Of a stretch of 35,300 nucleotides of DNA, positions 27,043 to 35,300 are shown one piece after another. The notes under the pieces are model-generated. The model had not been told where the DNA came from and ran no database searches. It was given only the letters and a program-made list of their open reading frames with translations. The position numbers were made by a program, and so were the translations under genes. Each line of letters begins with the position of its first letter. Position 1 is the first letter of the stretch. The DNA lies in the NCBI GenBank assembly GCA_023474975.1, contig JAMCXE010000003.1, positions 1-35,300 on the forward strand, read 5' to 3'. Origin of the DNA: Patescibacteria group bacterium. Its GTDB lineage: Bacteria > Patescibacteriota > Minisyncoccia > UBA6257 > 02-FULL-45-10c.

Positions 27043-28647
27043 TTATGGTGTAGTAGACGGAGCGGGCGTCATATAGTTGGCACAGGCAGAAAGAATGTCT
27101 TGGTATCCGCCGTTATCAGAATTGGTTTGTAGAATACTATTAGAATAATTTTGTATGCTGGAAAGTTCGGTTTGTGATGTGGCTAGGGCTTGTGTTGCTT
27201 TTTGCTGATCCATGGTTCCGTTAGTTACTAAATTTGAATAAGTCTTAGTCATTAGAGCCTCGCTGGTACTATCTGTTGGATCCATAGCATTAAATTGAGC
27301 TTGAGTGCTTTGTATTATAGCAATATCGTTTTGAACATCAGAAAGCTCTGATTGTAGTCCGTCTAGTGTCGGCTGAATAACATTATTGATCGTATCGGAT
27401 ATTATATTGGAACTGGTTAGATTGGAAATTTGTAATGTCTCTCCGTTGGGAAACGCTTTGGAAAGATCACAGGTAAGGAAATCGTTGAGCGCGGTCTTGA
27501 TAGCAGACTCAGTATTTATCGATTGATTTATGTTGGTTGCGGTGTTTTGTTTTATGCCCAGAACGGTATTAAAGTTAGAATTGAATAATGTGCGATCATT
27601 TTTAAAAATAAGAGAATTGATCTGGGCGAAACTTGCGTTTTGATAATCGGCATAAGCGGTATTGGTATTATCGCTATCTTTGTATCCTAATGCTCCGGCA
27701 ATTCCGTTCATCGCTAATAAGCTATATCGGTATATTACCGCATCGGCTAATGCTCCAATATATCCCGCAACGTCGTCAGCGGTTAATATCCCCGCAACTT
27801 TATTTGTATCGGTATACGTATTCCAAACCGACTGCGCTATTTGATTTCCGGGTGTAAGTGTTCGGCATACCTTCTGGTGAGTTTGAGGATCGATTTTGCA
27901 TTGCTCTTGAGGTTTGTATCCGGCACTGATCTGAGCGTCTATAGTTTTGGACTTCATAACATCGGCAAGAGTTGTTTCTTGTTTATCTTCTGTTATTAGC
28001 GTCGTGCCAAAAAAGTTATTTTGCGGCTCCCATAGGGTGTTATAGGTAAGCCATCTCCCCTTGCTTTGTTTGTCAAAGCTTTTGAAAAGATCGTCTATAT
28101 TTCCAACGATAGTGTTTAATGTGCAAGTTACATCGGCTCCGGGCTGCTGTTGAGGACTGAACAAGCTTAATGCTACGTTAACTTTTATCGGAGAGCAAAG
28201 AAATGGCAATGTTTGCTGAGCGAGCATTCCAACTGCCTCTTGCCCCGCTTGTTGAAAAAAAGCACCCCAATCGGAAACAATCGGACCGCCCTTACCCTCA
28301 AATCCGCCATTTTTGATCCATTCAGCCGCTGCATTGGCTAGCCTATCTAGTACTAATTTTTTTAAAGCTTGACCAGCCACTTGTTTTAAAATAGTAAGAA
28401 AACTTTGTGTTTTATCGCTTGCTGCCTTAGCTGCCACCGCCGCATTGGCGCCCGCCGAAGCCGCGGTGCTTATATTTATAGCTGCAATGTCAATTGCCAT
28501 AGGGCTCATAGGAGATTCAAATGTTGTTGTGATATCCCCGACTCCCAATACTGCGTAAGCTTTTTTGGGCATAAATAATCCCGGACCGAATAATAGGCTT
28601 GTCAGTACTAGCCCAACAACTATTTTTTTATAAAAATTTAAAGACAT
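27043..28647 (-). CDS. Secreted hypothetical protein of the T4SS-like cluster
   Basis: Signal peptide ending AYA; paired Cys; helical C-terminal half. Confidence 0.7.
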   Translation of the reverse strand: MSLNFYKKIVVGLVLTSLLFGPGLFMPKKAYAVLGVGDITTTFESPMSPMAIDIAAINISTAASAGANAAVAAKAASDKTQSFLTILKQVAGQALKKLVLDRLANAAAEWIKNGGFEGKGGPIVSDWGAFFQQAGQEAVGMLAQQTLPFLCSPIKVNVALSLFSPQQQPGADVTCTLNTIVGNIDDLFKSFDKQSKGRWLTYNTLWEPQNNFFGTTLITEDKQETTLADVMKSKTIDAQISAGYKPQEQCKIDPQTHQKVCRTLTPGNQIAQSVWNTYTDTNKVAGILTADDVAGYIGALADAVIYRYSLLAMNGIAGALGYKDSDNTNTAYADYQNASFAQINSLIFKNDRTLFNSNFNTVLGIKQNTATNINQSINTESAIKTALNDFLTCDLSKAFPNGETLQISNLTSSNIISDTINNVIQPTLDGLQSELSDVQNDIAIIQSTQAQFNAMDPTDSTSEALMTKTYSNLVTNGTMDQQKATQALATSQTELSSIQNYSNSILQTNSDNGGYQDILSACANYMTPAPSTTP

Positions 28648-28650
28648 TTT

Positions 28651-29421
28651 TTATTTAATCAATTGATTATTTTTAATGAATGTATTTTTGTCATTTTTTA
28701 AAACATTATATTGCTGGTAGACATTTGATAGTTCATTAACCGCCAGACTGGCTACGAAAGGATCTTGGTCCATATTGGCCAGGGCTTGATATATATTTTT
28801 TTCAGCGGTTAGTAGCTCTATTTCTTTTTTATCTATAGCTAGAAGTTCCGCCGGAACGGTTAAATTATAAAAATCTTTTATGGTTGAATTATAAACATTG
28901 ACCATCTGGATAAAATCGGAAGATTTAATATTTTCTACAGAAGAAAGAAGGCTTTTTGGTAATTTTTGGCCATTACTTAATATTATTGCATTGAAAGATA
29001 AAAAATAGTTTACAAGAGCATCTTTGCTGTTATCATTGGATATTTTAATGTCAGAATCGTTAATTGTTGGGTATAAACTTTTTGGGTCAAAATTTTTCTG
29101 CGCTTCGGCGAATAGATCATTGGCGAGATTTTCGGGTTTTGGTATAGCAACGTAATTTTGCCCATTCATTGTTATCGCCCCGTTAGGATTGACCGATGTC
29201 ATTTCGGCGGCGATCTTTTTTGCAAAAACCTCGCTTAAATTTACAGTTGAAGATGCTTGGGAGAGGGATATTTCCGTTCCGACCGGATTATTATTTACTA
29301 TATCAAGGCTGCTATTATTCGCTTGGGGGGCGGCCGGAGCAGAGCCGGAAACTATAAAATAAGCTCCGCCAAATCCGAGCCCTAAAAATAAAATAGTAAT
29401 GAGTATCTTTGATCGGCTCAT
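28651..29421 (-). CDS. Membrane-anchored hypothetical protein
   Basis: N-terminal TM; 256 aa; first gene of the cluster. Confidence 0.7.
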   Translation of the reverse strand: MSRSKILITILFLGLGFGGAYFIVSGSAPAAPQANNSSLDIVNNNPVGTEISLSQASSTVNLSEVFAKKIAAEMTSVNPNGAITMNGQNYVAIPKPENLANDLFAEAQKNFDPKSLYPTINDSDIKISNDNSKDALVNYFLSFNAIILSNGQKLPKSLLSSVENIKSSDFIQMVNVYNSTIKDFYNLTVPAELLAIDKKEIELLTAEKNIYQALANMDQDPFVASLAVNELSNVYQQYNVLKNDKNTFIKNNQLIK

Positions 29422-29482
29422 TACTTATATTATACAACAAATTTAAATAAAAATGTAAACTCTAATATGCAAAATATAAAAA

Positions 29483-30511
29483 TTATAGATCCTTAATAAT
29501 TGATGCAAGTTTTAAGATATCGTTTACGGATAAGTTTTGCGGTCTGGAGTTTAGCGGCAGATCTAATGATCCAAGAGCTTTTTCTATTTGTTCTTTCGGA
29601 ATATCCGATCCGGATCTGAGATTGTTTAGCAATGTTTTTCTTGGTTGCTTGAAGATCGTGTGAATTAGTTTGTAATAGTTTTCTATTTCTTTTGCGAGAT
29701 TCTCATTTTTTATCTTGTCATTGCGAGAAGTCTGCGGCGCGGCAATCTCATGATGCATAGATCGCTTCGCTTTGCTCGCAATGACAGATTGGAGACTGTT
29801 AATTTCTTTTTTGGTGATTAGTCTAATAACGGCAGAATCAACATCTGGCGCGGGTTCGAAATCGGTAGGCTTCAGTTTAAAAATAATTTCTGGTTCTGCC
29901 CAGAATTGAGTTGCCGCCGCAAGCAAATTCATTCCGCTATAAACTGTTTTTATTCTGTCATTGCGAGGTCTCGCCCGTAGGGCTGCGACCGAGGGAGTCT
30001 GCGACGCGGCAATCTCATTAAGTCCAGATTGCTTCGGCAGCACTCGCAATGACGGTTTTGGTTGAGCGGCGATTCTTTCGGCTACTTCTTTTTGGACCAT
30101 TATAACGGTCAATTTTGGTTTGTATTCAAGCTCGCTAATAATTCTGAGTAATTTTCCGGTTATGTAATATGGGATATTGCCGACAATATTAAATTTTAAA
30201 TTTTTAATTTTTAATTCCTGAACGATTTTTGGCAGAACCTTTAACGCGTCGCCTTCAATGATTTCAACACCGTTTAGTTTTAAATTTTGAACTTTATTTT
30301 TCAGCTCGGTTGCCAATTCCCGATCTTTTTCTATGGCAATTATTTTAAAATTAGAAAGTGTAAGCTTAAAGCTTTCTGCCATAGGCAGGGTAAGCGCTCC
30401 TTTGCCGGGACCGATCTCGATAATTACATCGCCCTCCTCGATATTCAAGGCCGCGACTATTTTAGAAATAGCAACTTTATTTTTCAAGAAGTGTTGACCG
30501 AGTTTTTGCAT
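29483..30511 (-). CDS. rsmA: 16S rRNA dimethyladenosine transferase RsmA/KsgA with two in-frame insertions
   Basis: LGQHFL, EIGPGKGALT, VGNIPYYIT, MVQKEVAERI, F.PAP.VDSAVI motifs. Confidence 0.95.
   Translation of the reverse strand: MQKLGQHFLKNKVAISKIVAALNIEEGDVIIEIGPGKGALTLPMAESFKLTLSNFKIIAIEKDRELATELKNKVQNLKLNGVEIIEGDALKVLPKIVQELKIKNLKFNIVGNIPYYITGKLLRIISELEYKPKLTVIMVQKEVAERIAAQPKPSLRVLPKQSGLNEIAASQTPSVAALRARPRNDRIKTVYSGMNLLAAATQFWAEPEIIFKLKPTDFEPAPDVDSAVIRLITKKEINSLQSVIASKAKRSMHHEIAAPQTSRNDKIKNENLAKEIENYYKLIHTIFKQPRKTLLNNLRSGSDIPKEQIEKALGSLDLPLNSRPQNLSVNDILKLASIIKDL
29716..29786. mobile_element. Palindromic element inside rsmA
   Basis: 12-bp perfect TIR TGTCATTGCGAG/CTCGCAATGACA. Confidence 0.88.
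29957..30053. mobile_element. Palindromic element inside rsmA
   Basis: 11-bp perfect TIR GTCATTGCGAG/CTCGCAATGAC; inner GCAATCT/AGATTGC pair. Confidence 0.88.
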
Positions 30512-30536
30512 AAGATAAGTTTAAAGTGTGAATATC

Positions 30537-30556
30537 CCCGCCTGCCGGCAGGCGGG
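30537..30556. repeat. Perfect 20-bp palindrome
   Basis: CCCGCCTGCCGGCAGGCGGG; related copy at 503-523. Confidence 0.85.
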
Positions 30557-30584
30557 AAAAATCAAAGATTTTTAAATTTTTTAA

Positions 30585-32510
30585 TTACTCTATATATATC
30601 GTTTCATCGTCCCAGTCGGCGTTCCTTTCTCCATAACTGGAAATTTTTGTAAATTCTATCACATCGCCCGGCAGCTCGCCTAAAAACCTAGAAGGTAAAT
30701 TATAGAAACTTATAAATAATTTTTTCTTGGCGCGAGTCATTGCAACGTACATGAGCCGTCTTTCTTCCTCAATGTCTTCGGCTTTAAAAAAAGACTGCTC
30801 GTGCGGAAGTAGGCCTTCGTTGCAGCCGATCAGAAAAACATTTTCGAATTCCAGCCCCTTTGCCGCATGAATAGTCATTAATTTTACAGCATTCTTCTGG
30901 AGCTTGGGTTTGTCGTCTGATGTTGAGGTTAGGGCTACCTCCTCTAAAAATTTGTAAGGATCTTCATATTGCGAAGCAAAATTGATCAACTCCTTTATAT
31001 TTTCCATTCTTTCGGAAGGATTTTTAAAATTTTTGACAAGATAGCTTGAGTAGTCGGTATTTTCTATGAAATAGCTTATGATCTGAACCAGGGTTAGTTC
31101 CTTGGTTAATTCGGGAAGGCTGGCTGTTATTGTCCGGCTCTTTATTTTTCCCAAACTTTTTTCTAGACGTTCCGCGCTGGCGGCGTCTTTAGGGTTATAG
31201 GCATAGCGAAGTCCGGCAATAATATCTTTGATCTCTTTTCGAGCATAAAATTTAAGTCCGCCATATATTTCATAAGGGATCTTGTTGCGGATAAAAACTT
31301 GTTCCACCGCGCGTGATTGCGCGTTGGTCCTGTAGAGTATCCCCATTTCTCCGGTTTGGGCGCCAGCCCTTACCATTTCTAATATCTTTCCGCAAATACC
31401 CCAAGCTTCTTCGTCGGCATTTTCATAGGCGGAAAGTTTTATTTGCTCCCCTTCGCCGTTTTTTGTCCACAAGTCTTTTGGCTTTTGCTGTTTATTGTTC
31501 TTGATGAGCTCGGAAGAGGCAGAAATTATCATTGCCGTTGAACGATAATTTTGCTCCAATTTTATTATTTTGGCTTTCGGCCAATCGAGTTCAAAATTCA
31601 AGAAATTTCTAAAGTCGGATCCTCTGAACTTATAAATGCTTTGCGCGTCATCTCCGATCGCAAAGATATTTTGATGTTTTTCGGCCAGTAATTTTATAAG
31701 CTGATATTGCGCTGTATTGATATCTTGATATTCGTCTATCAAAATATATTTATATTTTTCTCTATACTTCTCCAGAACCCTCGGTTCGTTTTTAAAAAGT
31801 TGAACAGTCTTGGTAATGAGATCATCAAAATCGAAGGCATTGCTTTTTTTGAGAACATCTTCATATTCTTCGTAAATCGCCGATATCTTTGCTTCGTGCG
31901 CGTTTTCAGAAATTTCATCCATATCTTTCAGTTCGTTTTTTATCTCCGAGATCTTACTCAAAATAGATATAGGATTGAATCTATCTTTGGAAAGCGCCTT
32001 TTCTTTTATTATTTTTTTGACGATGCTCAAAGAATCTTCACTGTCAAAGATAGTGAAATATTTTGTTCGTCCAAAAGCCCCGTTTGGCGAATCGGCCTCG
32101 TTCTTTAATATTTTTGCGCCGAAGGAATGAAATGTGCCAACAAACAGCTTATTTTCAAGGGTTTGTGATTCGTATGATTTTTCCGAAACCTCCGCAGCCG
32201 CATCGGCATGGTCCGCTCGTTGTATTTTTTCCGAGCGGCGATGCGGCGAGGACGAGCGAGTTTCGGGCTGGCGAAACGAAGCGTGTTGAGGTAAAACATG
32301 CGAATTAAAAACCCGGCTTCGCATCTCATTTGCCGCTTTATTGGTAAATGTTATGGCAACGATATTTTCCGGAGCTATTCCGGATCCTAGTAAATGAATT
32401 AAGCGACTGACCAGGGTTTTGGTTTTTCCGGATCCGGCCCCGGCCGCGATCAGTAATGGACCCCGATCGTGTTGCACGGCTTCAAGTTGCTTGTCATTTA
32501 AATTATCCAT
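30585..32510 (-). CDS. pcrA: UvrD/PcrA family DNA helicase with in-frame insertion
   Basis: AGAGSGKT, AITFTNKAA, GTFHS, DEYQD, GDDAQSIY.FRG, LEQNYRS, MTIHAAKGLEF, EERRLMYVAMTRA motifs. Confidence 0.93.
   Translation of the reverse strand: MDNLNDKQLEAVQHDRGPLLIAAGAGSGKTKTLVSRLIHLLGSGIAPENIVAITFTNKAANEMRSRVFNSHVLPQHASFRQPETRSSSPHRRSEKIQRADHADAAAEVSEKSYESQTLENKLFVGTFHSFGAKILKNEADSPNGAFGRTKYFTIFDSEDSLSIVKKIIKEKALSKDRFNPISILSKISEIKNELKDMDEISENAHEAKISAIYEEYEDVLKKSNAFDFDDLITKTVQLFKNEPRVLEKYREKYKYILIDEYQDINTAQYQLIKLLAEKHQNIFAIGDDAQSIYKFRGSDFRNFLNFELDWPKAKIIKLEQNYRSTAMIISASSELIKNNKQQKPKDLWTKNGEGEQIKLSAYENADEEAWGICGKILEMVRAGAQTGEMGILYRTNAQSRAVEQVFIRNKIPYEIYGGLKFYARKEIKDIIAGLRYAYNPKDAASAERLEKSLGKIKSRTITASLPELTKELTLVQIISYFIENTDYSSYLVKNFKNPSERMENIKELINFASQYEDPYKFLEEVALTSTSDDKPKLQKNAVKLMTIHAAKGLEFENVFLIGCNEGLLPHEQSFFKAEDIEEERRLMYVAMTRAKKKLFISFYNLPSRFLGELPGDVIEFTKISSYGERNADWDDETIYIE
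32159..32314. mobile_element. 156-bp foldback element inside pcrA
   Basis: Imperfect TIR 32159-32180/32293-32314 (18/22); nested GC-rich stems. Confidence 0.75.
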
Positions 32511-32547
32511 ATTAGCTATTAATAAAATTTAAAGTATAAAAATCTAG

Positions 32548-32659
32548 TTAATTTTCAATTTCAAAGCTCAATTTTCAATGAAATCACAATGAATCAATTT
32601 ACAAACAAAAACTAGAAAATTAAAGCATTGAAAATTGGTAATTGGTGATTGAAAATTAA
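32548..32659. repeat. AT-rich foldback of degenerate heptamer units
   Basis: TTAATTTTCAAT...ATTGAAAATTAA ends; similar sequence at about 15362-15413. Confidence 0.6.
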
Positions 32660-32721
32660 TTTTATGGTATTTTGTATATATTATTGATATCTTACGACAA
32701 CAATTAAATAAAGCAAAGGAT

Positions 32722-33747
32722 TTGATGCGCCATTTAAAAGATTGGAAGATCGCCGCGCCCATTATTTTGGTTTTTGTCGCTACATTGTTTAATTGGCGGC
32801 TTTCTATATATTTAGAAAAACCTTGGGGTATTTTCAGCGCTGCCGATTCAGCTTTGGCGGAGGTATCTTCTGATATTCCCGAAAATAATATAGGCGATTC
32901 TGTCGGTGCAATAAGCGGAATGGGATCGATTGATGGAGAAAGTTCTTATAACGTCGCGGATCAGGTAAATTTTGTCATAGTGGACAGTTCTTATCTTTTA
33001 AATAAAGATAATCCGCTTAGCGGCGTTTTGCCCGCACGTGGCGGACTTTTAATATACAAGATCCAAAAAGGTGATAATCTTGCCAAAATCGCTGCAAGCT
33101 TTGGAATATCTTTAAATACTATTTTGTGGGCAAATCCGAATTTAAGATCAAATTCCCTTACGCCCGGAAAAGAAATAGTGATATTGCCCGTATCGGGAGT
33201 TTTATACAACGTTAAATCTGGAGATACGATAGAATCCATCGCTCAGGCGTATTCCGTCGATCCGCAAAAGATCATTTCCTATAATCCGGGACTTTCTCCC
33301 GCCAACCTGAATTCTACGCAAACCATTATTATTCCTAATGGCAAGCCAATAGCCAATACGTACAGTGTCGCCAAAAATTTACCCGATTATCCCGGCTATT
33401 TTGCCATTCCGACCACCGGCTGGAATTGGGGAATTTTGCATAATTATAATGCTGTAGATATTGCAAACGCCTGTGGAACGCCGGTTTATGCTTCGGCTGA
33501 GGGATTGGTGCTGGAACAAACTTCTTCGGGATGGAATGGTGGTTATGGTAGCTATATTTTAATTGAGCATCCAAATAATACAAAAACGCGATATGCGCAT
33601 TTATCTAGATCTGTCGTTTCGGTTGGAGATTATGTTTCGCAAGGAGATCTTATAGGATATATTGGCAATACGGGAGAAACTCATGGACCTACGGGATGCC
33701 ATTTGCATTTTGAGGTGATTGGAGCTAAAAACCCATTTGCTAAATAG
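32722..33747 (+). CDS. LysM-domain M23 family metallopeptidase
   Basis: Two LysM repeats (YKIQKGDNL..IA, YNVKSGDTI..IA); HNYNAVD, YAHL and HLHFEV zinc motifs. Confidence 0.92.
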   Translation: MMRHLKDWKIAAPIILVFVATLFNWRLSIYLEKPWGIFSAADSALAEVSSDIPENNIGDSVGAISGMGSIDGESSYNVADQVNFVIVDSSYLLNKDNPLSGVLPARGGLLIYKIQKGDNLAKIAASFGISLNTILWANPNLRSNSLTPGKEIVILPVSGVLYNVKSGDTIESIAQAYSVDPQKIISYNPGLSPANLNSTQTIIIPNGKPIANTYSVAKNLPDYPGYFAIPTTGWNWGILHNYNAVDIANACGTPVYASAEGLVLEQTSSGWNGGYGSYILIEHPNNTKTRYAHLSRSVVSVGDYVSQGDLIGYIGNTGETHGPTGCHLHFEVIGAKNPFAK

Positions 33748-33997
33748 TTTCTTGGCGCGATACTTGCAAATTTTGTCTAAAACAAGGAACGAGGATGAAA
33801 TTGCGGCATTAGCTGCATTTCCGACGAGTGACGCAGTTATGGCCATAAATTTGCAGTATCCCTTTGGGTTGTTGAATAAATAAATCATTTCTATGTTGCT
33901 CCTCCTCGATGTGGCTACAGCCACTACTTCGTCGTCGCGCCTTGAACTGATCTATTTATTCGGACAACGCGCTCAAAAACTATTTAGTAAATGGGTT
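33730..33997. mobile_element. 268-bp foldback element overlapping the peptidase stop codon
   Basis: 30-bp arms 33730-33759/33968-33997 (26/30 match) enclosing two long hairpin domains. Confidence 0.7.
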
Positions 33998-34060
33998 CTA
34001 ATCCATTTGCTAAGTAGTTTTTAGTGAGTGAACTAAACATTATTCTTGTGAGCGACGTCT

Positions 34061-34228
34061 GTCATTGCGAGGCAATCGAAGCAATCTCATAATGTCCGTC
34101 ATTGCGAGCATAGCGAAGCAATCCAGATTGCCACGACTTTATACTGAGCGAAGCCGAATGTACTTTATACTGAGCGAAGCCGAATGTACTTTATACTGAG
34201 CGAAGCCGAATGTACTTCTCGTAATGAC
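34061..34228. repeat. GTCATTGCGAG-family elements containing a 26-bp x3 tandem repeat
   Basis: GTCATTGCGAG at 34061 and 34098; CTCGTAATGAC at 34218-34228; ACTTTATACTGAGCGAAGCCGAATGT three times at 34136-34213. Confidence 0.88.
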
Positions 34229-34312
34229 GAAGCAGAGATGTTTTGCGTTAATGTTTCACAAAAGCGTTAAACATTTGTTTGTTGTTAAACATTTTTATGA
34301 ATATGACATATA

Positions 34313-34345
34313 AAAAGTTAAAGCCCCGCATGTTGTGCGGGGCTT
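34313..34345 (-). terminator. Intrinsic terminator of the 217-aa gene
   Basis: AAGCCCCGCA-loop-TGCGGGGCTT followed by a T-rich tract on the minus strand. Confidence 0.7.
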
Positions 34346-34410
34346 GACCATTTGTTTCACACCGTGAAACAAATGGTGGGGTACGTCTAAGGCAGAGCTT
34401 CCTGATCCGG

Positions 34411-35064
34411 CTAGCCGAGAGTTTCTCCCAGCCGAAAGCCTTTAACTTCAGGATCTTTCTGTCCGAGGGCGGATATCGGGTCCTCGAAGACTTTTTCCAG
34501 TATCTGCGCTTGCAGTTTCTGGAGTTCGTCTCCGTTTTGAAGCCGCTCAATAAGGATCTGAACAGCTAAGGCACCGTTACCTTTGACCTCTATCGGTCCA
34601 GGCAGCTCTTTCCTGTTTTTCTTGCCAAGCATCTCCCAACCGCGGACGTAATCTTCCGCCGCTTTTTTGAGAGTGTAAGCAAGAGGCTTTGTCGCATCGG
34701 GGTTGTCAGATAGGTAGTATACCAGCAGCGCTTCGGGAGCGCCCTGTATATACTGCTTCTGAAGTTCGGCTCCCCACCACCTCTTAAGATCGTTGCGCAC
34801 GATCTCGCGATAGGCTTTTGTGAACGCCTTGGTGGTTTCTACGACTTTATTGACCAGTTCGGTTTTTACAGTCTCATCCCGTTGGCCCTTTTTGTTGTGC
34901 CAGGTCAATTCCCTTGCCGCCCTCATTGCGGCGATTGCCAGCTGCATCAGTTCCGGGAATTTGGCTTTGCGAGATTCTTTTTCCCGCATTGCTTTTTCTT
35001 CCTGGAGCTTCTCCATTTTGGCTCTCAGTTCATTGACCTCGTCGGTTCTGTTTTTGCGGCTCAT
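34411..35064 (-). CDS. Hypothetical helical protein
   Basis: 217 aa; GAGGAGG RBS; own promoter and terminator; visibly higher GC than its neighbours. Confidence 0.8.
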   Translation of the reverse strand: MSRKNRTDEVNELRAKMEKLQEEKAMREKESRKAKFPELMQLAIAAMRAARELTWHNKKGQRDETVKTELVNKVVETTKAFTKAYREIVRNDLKRWWGAELQKQYIQGAPEALLVYYLSDNPDATKPLAYTLKKAAEDYVRGWEMLGKKNRKELPGPIEVKGNGALAVQILIERLQNGDELQKLQAQILEKVFEDPISALGQKDPEVKGFRLGETLG

Positions 35065-35139
35065 ATAGCCTCCTCATATATACTACTTTTTGGTTTTAGC
35101 TGCCTTTATGCTGCTTTTAAAGAACTAGCTTATTTATAT

Positions 35140-35168
35140 ATACTAGCATAATAATAAAAATATGTCAA
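35140..35168 (-). promoter_or_regulatory. Sigma70 promoter with extended -10
   Basis: TTGACA (35168-35163), 17 bp spacer, TG-C-TAGTAT. Confidence 0.7.
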
Positions 35169-35300
35169 TAGCGTGTACTGGTTCATATGATATCCTCCAC
35201 CCAAGGTTAATAGATATGAACAGAAAAAGAAGATATTCTGGCAGACATATGACTATATATGGATATGTTCTGCCCGGCGCAGTTTCTTTGGCCAACTAGG

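Noticed and set aside
32159..32314. Intein in PcrA
   Set aside because: Too short and lacks the Cys/Ser start and His-Asn end.
34136..34213. Possible CRISPR array
   Set aside because: The three 26-bp units are contiguous with no spacers, and there are no cas genes in the window.
33601..34550. ORFs 33601-33924 and 34248-34550, and other short antisense ORFs in the track
   Set aside because: They overlap well-supported genes or repeat elements and are treated as shadow ORFs.
35181..35300. Hairpins and an open frame from about 35216 at the window end
   Set aside because: Truncated by the window edge; too little sequence to call.

Overview
AT-rich bacterial chromosome segment (standard genetic code) that spans the replication origin (dnaN-oriC-dnaA / rpmH-rnpA-yidC-jag). 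Gene content suggests Patescibacteria (CPR), probably Parcubacteria; this is an inference. The left part has tsaE, a lamin-tail protein, a NERD protein, ruvB, a PilB/GspE ATPase, yebC, ruvC and a class A PBP. The right part has a ~13 kb minus-strand T4SS/conjugation-like cluster (VirB4-like ATPase, PrgI, VirB6-like protein, Cys-rich pilin) with no relaxase in view, followed by rsmA, pcrA/uvrD and a LysM-M23 peptidase. The most striking signals are non-genic: (1) several families of short palindromic/foldback elements, with copies inserted in frame in rsmA (two) and pcrA (one); (2) an orphan ~200-nt structured transcript with its own promoter and terminator that contains a 22-codon hydrophobic ORF; (3) heptamer-repeat arrays that flank a dead four-helix-bundle gene, supply a likely rpmH promoter and sit inside ORFs; (4) a tsaE gene whose 3' end is inverted; (5) a gene split at an A_AAA_AAG slippery site. 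All calls come from reading the sequence; no searches were run.
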